Positions 53,201 through 64,000 of a DNA stretch of 64,000 bases are shown piece by piece. The notes beneath the pieces were generated by a model. The model saw nothing but the letters and a program-made list of their open reading frames with translations, was not told where the DNA came from and did no database searches. Within the stretch, counting starts at the first letter, position 1, and each line of letters begins with the position of its first letter. A program made the position numbers and the translations under genes. Source of the stretch: Eledone cirrhosa (lineage: Eukaryota); the NCBI GenBank assembly GCA_964016885.1, contig OZ024754.1, positions 21,452,001-21,516,000 on the forward strand, in the 5' to 3' direction.

Positions 53201-56200
53201 TAGATGTTAAGTATATACTATATTAACTAGTTTTAATAAATTGTTTAGATGTTAAGTATATACTATATTAACTACAGTTTTAATAAATTGTCTAGATGTT
53301 AAGTATATACTATATTAACTAGTTTTAATGAATTGTCTAGATATTAAGTATATACTATATTAACTACAGTTTTAATAAATTGTCTAGATGTTAAGTATAT
53401 ACTATATTAACTACAGTTTTAATAAATTGTCTAGATGTTAAGTATATACTATATTAACTACAGTTTTAATAAATTGTCTAGATGTTAAGTATATACTATA
53501 TTAACTAGTTTTAATAAATTGTCTAGATGTTAAGTATATACTATATTAACTTCAGTATATACTATATTATATACTATACTATATTATATACTATACTATA
53601 CTATATACTTAAGTATATACTATATTAACTAGTTTTAATAAATTGTCTAGATGTTAAGTATATACTATATTAACTCCAGTTTTATAAGTATATACTATAT
53701 TAACTACAGTTTTAATAAATTGTCTAGATGTTAAGTATATACTATATTAACTAGTTTTAATAAATTGTCTAGATGTTACGTATATACTATATTAACTACA
53801 GTTTTAATAAATTGTCTAGATGTTAAGTTTATACTATATTAACTACAGTTTTAATAAATTGTCTAAATGTTAAGTATATACTATATTAACTACAGTTTTA
53901 ATCAATTGTCTAGATGTTAAGTATATACTATATTAACTACAGTTTTAATAAATTGTCTAGATGTTAAGTATATACTATATTAACTACAGTTTTATAAGTA
54001 TAAACTATATTAACTACAGTTTTAATAAATTGTCTAGATGTTAAGTATATACTATATTAACTACAATTTTAATAAATTGTCTAGATGTTAAGTTTATACT
54101 ATATTAACTCCAGTTTTAATAAATTGTCTAGATGTTAAGTATATACTATATTAACTACAGTTTTAATAAATTGTCTAGATGTTAAGTATATACTATATTA
54201 ACTACAGTTTTAATAAATTGTCTCGATGTTAAGTATATACTATATTAACTAGTTTTAATAAATTGTCTAGATGTTAAGTATATACTATAGTAACTACAGT
54301 TTTAATAAATTGTCTAGATGTTAAGTATATACTATATTAACTACAGTTTTAATAAATTGTCTAGATGTTAAGTATATACTATATTAACTAGTTTTAATAA
54401 ATCGTCTAGATATTAAGTATATACTATATTAACTACAGTTTTAATCAATTGTCTAGATGTTAAGTATATACTATATTAACTACAGTTTTAATAAATTGTC
54501 TAGATGTTAAGTATATACTATATTAACTACAGTTTTAATAAATTGTCTAGATGTTAAGTATATACTATATTAACTCCAGTTTTAATAAATTGTCTAGATG
54601 TTAAGTATATACTATATTAACTAGTTTTAATAAATTGTCTAGATGTTAAGTATATACTATATTAACTACAGTTTAAATAAATTGTCTAGATGTTAAGTAT
54701 ATACTATATTAACTACAGTTTTAATAAATTGTCTAGATGTTAAGTATATACTATATTAACTACAGTTTTAATAAATTGTCTAGATGTTAAGTATATACTA
54801 TATTAACTACAGTTTTAATAAATTGTTTAAATGTTAAGTATATACTATATTAACTACAGTTTAAATAAATTGTCTAGATGTTAAGTATATACTATATTAA
54901 CTACAGTTTTAATAAATTGTCTAGATGTTAAGTATATACTATATTAACTCCAGTTTTAATAAATTGTCTAGATGTTAAGTATATACTATATTAACTACAG
55001 TTTTAATAAATTGTCTAGATGTTAAGTATATACTATATTAACTAGTTTTAATAAATTGTCTAGATGTTAAGTATATACTATATTAACTGCAGTTTTAATA
55101 AATTGTCTAGATGTTAAGTATATACTATATTAACTAGTTTTAATAAATCGTCTAGATATTAAGTATATACTATATTAACTACAGTTTTAATAAATTGTCT
55201 AGATGTTAAGTATATACTATATTAACTACAGTTTTAATAAATTGTCTAGATGTTAAGTATATACTATATTAACTACAGTTTTAATAAATTATCTAGATGT
55301 TAAGTATATACTATATTAACTAGTTTTAATAAATTGTCTAGATGTTAAGTATATACTATATTAACTAGTTTTAATAAATTGTCTAGATATTAAGTATATA
55401 CTATATTAACTACAGTTTTAATAAATTGTCTAGATGTTAAGTATATACTATATTAACTAGTTTTAATAAATTGTCTAGATGTTAAGTATATACTATATTA
55501 ACTACGGTTTTAATAGATTGTCTAGATGTTAAATATATACTATATTAACTACAGTTTTAATAAATTGCCTAAATGTTAGGTATATACTATATTAACTACA
55601 GTTTAAATAAATTGTCTAGATGTTAAGTATATACTATATTAACTACAGTTTTAATAAATTGTCTAGATGTTAAGTATATACTATATTAACTACAGTTTTA
55701 ATAAATTGTCTAGATGTTAAGTATATACTATATTAACTACAGTTTTAATAAATTGTCTAGATGTTCAGTATATACTATATTAACTACAGTTTTAATAAAT
55801 TGTCTAGATGTTAAGTATATACTATATTAACTACAGTTTTAATAAATTGTCTAGATGTTAAGTATATACTATATTAACTAGTTTTAATAAATTGTCTAGA
55901 TGTTAAGTATATAGTCTATTAACCACTGTTTTAATAAATTGTCTAGATGTTAAGTATATACTATATTAACTAGTTTTAATAAATTGTCTAGATGTTAAGT
56001 ATATACTATATTAACTAGTTTTAATAAATTGTCTAGATGTTCAGTATATACTATATTAACTAGTTTTAATAAATTGTCTAGATGTTAAGTATATACTATA
56101 TTAACTACAGTTTTAATAAATTGTCTAAATGTTAAGTATATACTATATAAACTACAGTTTAAATAAATTGTCTAGATGTTAAATATATACTATATTAACT

Positions 56201-59200
56201 ACAGTTTTAATAAATTGTCTAGATGTTAAGTATATACTCTATTAACCACAGTTTTAATAAATTGTCTAGATGTTATGTATATACTATATTAACTACAGTT
56301 TAAATAAATTGTCTAGATGTTAAGTATGTACTATATTAACTACAGTTTTAATAAATTATCTAGATGTTAAGTATATACTATATTAACTACAGTTTTAATA
56401 AATTGTCTAGATGTTAAGTATATACTATATTAACTACAGTTTTAATAAATTGTCTAAATGTTAAGTATATACTATATTAACTACAGTTTAAATAAATTGT
56501 CTAGATGTTAAGTATATACTATATTAATTACAGTTTTAATAAATTGTCTAGATGTTAAGTATATACTATATTAACTCCAGTTTTAATAAATTGTCTAGAT
56601 GTTAAGTATATACTATATTAACTACAGTTTTAATAAATTGTCTAGATGTTAAGTATATACTATATTAACTACAGTTTTAATAAATTGTCTAGATGTTAAG
56701 TATATACTATATTAACTAGTTTTAATAAATTGTTTAGATTTTAAGTATATACTATATTAACTACAGTTTTAATAAATTGTCTAGATGTTAAGTATATACT
56801 ATATTAACTAGTTTTAATGAATTGTCTAGATATTAAGTATATACTATATTAACTACAGTTTTAATAAATTGTCTAGATGTTAAGTATATACTATATTAAC
56901 TACAGTTTTAATAAATTGTCTAGATGTTAAGTATATACTATATTAACTACAGTTTTAATAAATTGTCTAGATGTTAAGTATATACTATATTAACTAGTTT
57001 TAATAAATTGTCTAGATGTTAAGTATATACTATATTAACTACAGTTTTAATAAATTGTTTAAATGTTAAGTATATACTATATTAACTACAGTTTAAATAA
57101 ATTGTCTAGATGTTAAGTATATACTATATTAACTACAGTTTTAATAAATTGTCTAGATGTTAAGTATATACTATATTAACTCCAGTTTTAATAAATTGTC
57201 TAGATGTTAAGTATATACTATATTAACTACAGTTTTAATAAATTGTCTAGATGTTAAGTATATACTATATTAACTAGTTTTAATAAATTGTCTAGATGTT
57301 AAGTATATACTATATTAACTGCAGTTTTAATAAATTGTCTAGATGTTAAGTATATACTATATTAACTAGTTTTAATAAATCGTCTAGATATTAAGTATAT
57401 ACTATATTAACTACAGTTTTAATAAATTGTCTAGATGTTAAGTATATACTATATTAACTACAGTTTTAATAAATTGTCTAGATGTTAAGTATATACTATA
57501 TTAACTACAGTTTTAATAAATTATCTAGATGTTAAGTATATACTATATTAACTAGTTTTAATAAATTGTCTAGATGTTAAGTATATACTATATTAACTAG
57601 TTTTAATAAATTGTCTAGATATTAAGTATATACTATATTAACTACAGTTTTAATAAATTGTCTAGATGTTAAGTATATACTATATTAACTACAGTTTTAA
57701 TAAATTGTCTAGATGTTAAGTATATACTATATTAACTAGTTTTAATAAATTGTCTAGATGTTAAGTATATACTATATTAACTACGGTTTTAATAGATTGT
57801 CTAGATGTTAAATATATACTATATTAACTACAGTTTAAATAAATTGTCTAGATGTTAAGTATATACTATATTAACTACAGTTTTAATAAATTGTCTAGAT
57901 GTTAAGTATATACTATATTAACTACAGTTTTAATAAATTGTCTAGATGTTAAGTATATACTATATTAACTACAGTTTTAATAAATTGTCTAGATGTTCAG
58001 TATATACTATATTAACTACAGTTTTAATAAATTGTCTAGATGTTAAGTATATACTATATTAACTACAGTTTTAATAAATTGTCTAGATGTTAAGTATATA
58101 CTATATTAACTAGTTTTAATAAATTGTCTAGATGTTAAGTATATAGTCTATTAACCACTGTTTTAATAAATTGTCTAGATGTTAAGTATATACTATATTA
58201 ACTAGTTTTAATAAATTGTCTAGATGTTCAGTATATACTATATTAACTAGTTTTAATAAATTGTCTAGATGTTAAGTATATACTATATTAACTACAGTTT
58301 TAATAAATTGTCTAAATGTTAAGTATATACTATATAAACTACAGTTTAAATAAATTGTCTAGATGTTAAATATATACTATATTAACTACAGTTTTAATAA
58401 ATTGTCTAGATGTTAAGTATATACTCTATTAACCACAGTTTTAATAAATTGTCTAGATGTTAAGTATATACTATATTAACTACAGTTTAAATAAATTGTC
58501 TAGATGTTAAGTATGTACTATATTAACTACAGTTTTAATAAATTATCTAGATGTTAAGTATATACTATATTAACTACAGTTTTAATAAATTGTCTAGATG
58601 TTAAGTATATACTATATTAACTACAGTTTTAATAAATTGTCTAAATGTTAAGTATATACTATATTAACTACAGTTTAAATAAATTGTCTAGATGTTAAGT
58701 ATATACTATATTAATTACAGTTTTAATAAATTGTCTAGATGTTAAGTATATACTATATTAACTCCAGTTTTAATAAATTGTCTAGATGTTAAGTATATAC
58801 TATATTAACTACAGTTTTAATAAATTGTCTAGATGTTAAGTATATACTATATTAACTACAGTTTTAATAAATTGTCTAGATGTTAAGTATATACTATATT
58901 AACTAGTTTTAATAAATTGTTTAGATGTTAAGTATATACTATATTAACTACAGTTTTAATAAATTGTCTAGATGTTAAGTATATACTATATTAACTAGTT
59001 TTAATGAATTGTCTAGATATTAAGTATATACTATATTAACTACAGTTTTAATAAATTGTCTAGATGTTAAGTATATACTATATTAACTCCAGTTTTATAA
59101 GTATATACTATATTAACTACAGTTTTAATAAATTGTCTAGATGTTAAGTATATACTATATTAACTAGTTTTAATAAATTGTCTAGATGTTACGTATATAC

Positions 59201-62200
59201 TATATTAACTACAGTTTTAATAAATTGTCTAGATGTTAAGTTTATACTATATTAACTACAGTTTTAATAAATTGTCTAAATGTTAAGTATATACTATATT
59301 AACTACAGTTTTAATCAATTGTCTAGATGTTAAGTATATACTATATTAACTAGTTTTAATAAATTGTTTAGATGTTAAGTATATACTATATTAACTACAG
59401 TTTTAATAAATTGTCTAGATGTTAAGTATATACTATATTAACTAGTTTTAATGAATTGTCTAGATATTAAGTATATACTATATTAACTACAGTTTTAATA
59501 AATTGTCTAGATGTTAGGTATATACTATATTAACTACAGTTTTAATAAATTGTCTAGATGTTAAGTATATACTATATTAACTACAGTTTAATAAATTGTC
59601 TAGATGTTAAGTATATACTATATTAACTAGTTTTAATAAATTGTCTAGATGTTAAGTATATACTATATTAACTTCAGTATATACTATATTATATACTATA
59701 CTATATTATATACTATACTATACTATATACTTAAGTATATACTATATTAACTAGTTTTAATAAATTGTCTAGATGTTAAGTATATACTATATTAACTCCA
59801 GTTTTATAAGTATATACTATATTAACTACAGTTTTAATAAATTGTCTAGATGTTAAGTATATACTATATTAACTAGTTTTAATAAATTGTCTAGATGTTA
59901 CGTATATACTATATTAACTACAGTTTTAATAAATTGTCTAGATGTTAAGTTTATACTATATTAACTACAGTTTTAATAAATTGTCTAAATGTTAAGTATA
60001 TACTATATTAACTACAGTTTTAATCAATTGTCTAGATGTTAAGTATATACTATATTAACTACAGTTTTAATAAATTGTCTAGATGTTAAGTATATACTAT
60101 ATTAACTACAGTTTTATAAGTATAAACTATATTAACTACAGTTTTAATAAATTGTCTAGATGTTAAGTATATACTATATTAACTACAATTTTAATAAATT
60201 GTCTAGATGTTAAGTTTATACTATATTAACTCCAGTTTTAATAAATTGTCTAGATGTTAAGTATATACTATATTAACTACAGTTTTAATAAATTGTCTAG
60301 ATGTTAAGTATATACTATATTAACTACAGTTTTAATAAATTGTCTAGATGTTCAGTATATACTATATTAACTACAGTTTAAATAAATTGTCTAGATGTTA
60401 AGTATATACTATATTAACTACAGTTTTAATAAATTGTCTAGATGTTAAGTATATACTATATTAACTACAGTTTTAATAAATTGTCTAGATGTTAAGTATA
60501 TACTATATTAACTACAGTTTTAATAAATTGTCTAAATGTTAAGTATATACTATATTAACTACAGTTTAAATAAATTGTCTAGATGTTAAGTATATACTAT
60601 ATTAACTACAGTTTTAATAAATTGTCTAGATGTTAAGTATATACTATATTAACTCCAGTTTTAATAAATTGTCTAGATGTTAAGTATATACTATATTAAC
60701 TTCAGTTTTAATAAATTGTCTAGATGTTAAGTATATACTATATTAACTAGTTTTAATAAATTGTCTAGATGTTAAGTATATACTATATTAACTACGGTTT
60801 TAATAGATTGTCTAGATGTTAAATATATACTATATTAACTACAGTTTTAATAAATTGCCTAAATGTTAGGTATATACTATATTAACTACAGTTTAAATAA
60901 ATTGTCTAGATGTTAAGTATATACTATATTAACTACAGTTTTAATAAATTGTCTAGATGTTAAGTATATACTATATTAACTACAGTTTTAATAAATTGTC
61001 TAGATGTTAAGTATATACTATATTAACTACAGTTTTAATAAATTGTCTAGATGTTCAGTATATACTATATTAACTACAGTTTTAATAAATTGTCTAGATG
61101 TTAAGTATATACTATATTAACTACAGTTTTAATAAATTGTCTAGATGTTAAGTATATACTATATTAACTACAGTTTTAATAAATTGTCTAGATGTTAAGT
61201 ATATACTATATTAACTACAGTTTTAATAAATTGTCTAGATGTTAAGTATATACTATATTAACTAGTTTTAATAAATTGTCTAGATGTTGAGTATATACTC
61301 TATTAACCACAGTTTTAATAAATTGTCTAGATGTTAAGTATATACTATATTAACTAGTTTTAATAAATTGTCTAGATGTTAAGTATATACTATATTAACT
61401 AGTTTTAATAAATTGTCTAGATGTTAAGTATATACTATATTAACTAGTTTTAATAAATTGTCTAGATGTTAAGTAAATACTATATTAACTACAGTTTTAA
61501 TAAATTGTCTAAATGTTAAGTATATACTATATTAACTACAGTTTAAATAAATTGTCTAGATGTTAAGTATATACTATATTAACTACAGTTTTAATAAATT
61601 GTCTAGATGTTAAGTATATACTCTATTAACCACAGTTTTAATAAATTGTCTAGATGTTAAGTATATACTATATTAACTACAGTTTTAATAAATTGTCTAA
61701 ATGTTAAGTATATACTATATTAACTACAGTTTAAATAAATTGTCTAGATGTTAAGTATATACTATATTAACTACAGTTTTAATAAATTGTCTAGATGTTA
61801 AGTATATACTATATTAACTACAGTTTTAATAAATTGTCTAGATGTTAAGTATATACTATATTAACTACAGTTTTAATAAATTGTTTAAATGTTAAGTATA
61901 TACTATATTAACTACAGTTTAAATAAATTGTCTAGATGTTAAGTATATACTATATTAACTACAGTTTTAATAAATTGTCTAGATGTTAAGTATATACTAT
62001 ATTAACTCCAGTTTTAATAAATTGTCTAGATGTTAAGTATATACTATATTAACTACAGTTTTAATAAATTGTCTAGATGTTAAGTATATACTATATTAAC
62101 TAGTTTTAATAAATTGTCTAGATGTTAAGTATATACTATATTAACTGCAGTTTTAATAAATTGTCTAGATGTTAAGTATATACTATATTAACTAGTTTTA

Positions 62201-64000
62201 ATAAATCGTCTAGATATTAAGTATATACTATATTAACTACAGTTTTAATAAATTGTCTAGATGTTAAGTATATACTATATTAACTACAGTTTTAATAAAT
62301 TGTCTAGATGTTAAGTATATACTATATTAACTACAGTTTTAATAAATTATCTAGATGTTAAGTATATACTATATTAACTAGTTTTAATAAATTGTCTAGA
62401 TGTTAAGTATATACTATATTAACTAGTTTTAATAAATTGTCTAGATATTAAGTATATACTATATTAACTACAGTTTTAATAAATTGTCTAGATGTTAAGT
62501 ATATACTATATTAACTACAGTTTTAATAAATTGTCTAGATGTTAAGTATATACTATATTAACTAGTTTTAATAAATTGTCTAGATGTTAAGTATATACTA
62601 TATTAACTACGGTTTTAATAGATTGTCTAGATGTTAAATATATACTATATTAACTACAGTTTTAATAAATTGCCTAAATGTTAGGTATATACTATATTAA
62701 CTACAGTTTAAATAAATTGTCTAGATGTTAAGTATATACTATATTAACTACAGTTTTAATAAATTGTCTAGATGTTAAGTATATACTATATTAACTACAG
62801 TTTTAATAAATTGTCTAGATGTTAAGTATATACTATATTAACTACAGTTTTAATAAATTGTCTAGATGTTCAGTATATACTATATTAACTACAGTTTTAA
62901 TAAATTGTCTAGATGTTAAGTATATACTATATTAACTACAGTTTTAATAAATTGTCTAGATGTTAAGTATATACTATATTAACTAGTTTTAATAAATTGT
63001 CTAGATGTTAAGTATATAGTCTATTAACCACTGTTTTAATAAATTGTCTAGATGTTAAGTATATACTATATTAACTAGTTTTAATAAATTGTCTAGATGT
63101 TAAGTATATACTATATTAACTAGTTTTAATAAATTGTCTAGATGTTCAGTATATACTATATTAACTAGTTTTAATAAATTGTCTAGATGTTAAGTATATA
63201 CTATATTAACTACAGTTTTAATAAATTGTCTAAATGTTAAGTATATACTATATAAACTACAGTTTAAATAAATTGTCTAGATGTTAAATATATACTATAT
63301 TAACTACAGTTTTAATAAATTGTCTAGATGTTAAGTATATACTCTATTAACCACAGTTTTAATAAATTGTCTAGATGTTATGTATATACTATATTAACTA
63401 CAGTTTAAATAAATTGTCTAGATGTTAAGTATGTACTATATTAACTACAGTTTTAATAAATTATCTAGATGTTAAGTATATACTATATTAACTACAGTTT
63501 TAATAAATTGTCTAGATGTTAAGTATATACTATATTAACTACAGTTTTAATAAATTGTCTAAATGTTAAGTATATACTATATTAACTACAGTTTAAATAA
63601 ATTGTCTAGATGTTAAGTATATACTATATTAATTACAGTTTTAATAAATTGTCTAGATGTTAAGTATATACTATATTAACTCCAGTTTTAATAAATTGTC
63701 TAGATGTTAAGTATATACTATATTAACTACAGTTTTAATAAATGGTCTAGATGTTAAGTATATACTATATTAACTACAGTTTTAATAAATTGTCTAGATG
63801 TTAAGTATATACTATATTAACTAGTTTTAATAAATTGTTTAGATTTTAAGTATATACTATATTAACTACAGTTTTAATAAATTGTCTAGATGTTAAGTAT
63901 ATACTATATTAACTAGTTTTAATGAATTGTCTAGATATTAAGTATATACTATATTAACTACAGTTTTAATAAATTGTCTAGATGTTAAGTATATACTATA

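Larger units (their letters stand above)
28875..59930. repeat. ~15.5-kb higher-order tandem duplication (2 units), each with one Helitron
   Basis: Constant 15538-bp offset for Helitrons 6 and 7, the GTTAAGAATA variant (29831/45369) and the (TATAC)n patch (38011/53549). The offset becomes 15490 after loss of one monomer (~57830) and 1 bp (~59590). Boundaries approximate. Confidence 0.88.
1..64000. repeat. 47-bp AT-rich tandem satellite array (45-bp variant common), interrupted by 3 LTR-element and 7 Helitron copies
   Basis: Monomer AAGTATATACTATATTAACTACAGTTTTAATAAATTGTCTAGATGTT repeated head-to-tail in a single orientation. Satellite blocks: 1-562, 2559-5278, 7271-7939, 8801-10974, 12956-13624, 14486-18256, 19134-22170, 23048-26559, 27437-30794, 31672-46332, 47210-64000. 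The array runs off both window ends. Confidence 0.99.

Noticed and set aside
1-64000. CRISPR array
   Set aside because: Monomers are directly adjacent with no unique spacers and no cas genes. The embedded elements are eukaryotic TEs.
47210-64000. Telomeric repeat, rDNA spacer or mitochondrial control-region repeat
   Set aside because: No G-rich telomere motif, rRNA sequence or mitochondrial genes are present. Array size and nuclear TEs indicate nuclear satellite DNA. Centromeric function cannot be established from sequence alone.

Overview
Eukaryotic, probably invertebrate-animal, heterochromatic DNA with no credible protein-coding gene. About 80% of the window is one head-to-tail, AT-rich (~19% GC) 47-bp satellite, consensus AAGTATATACTATATTAACTACAGTTTTAATAAATTGTCTAGATGTT. 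It has a common 45-bp variant and rare 30-bp and 21-bp deletion variants, and is arranged in nested higher-order duplications (~2 kb, 4.4, 5.4, 5.7 and 15.5 kb). Two non-autonomous transposons interrupt it. The first is a ~2.0-kb LTR retroelement on the minus strand (3 copies; 367-bp LTRs, 4-bp TSD AGTA, tRNA-Trp primer-binding site, no gag/pol). The second is an 861/877-bp Helitron on the minus strand (7 copies; A|TC...hairpin-CTAG|T, internal 37-bp minisatellite). All copies of each element sit at the same nucleotide of the satellite monomer with shared flanking variants, so each looks like one insertion amplified along with the array. The most unusual detail is the retroelement PBS. It matches 32 nt of mature tRNA-Trp rather than 18, its only mismatch falls exactly at tRNA position 58 (m1A), and it is followed by a degenerate second U5-end/PBS junction. 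This may be a genomic fossil of reverse transcriptase reading through m1A58. tRNA identity and family assignments come from recalled sequence and structural hallmarks, not from database searches.
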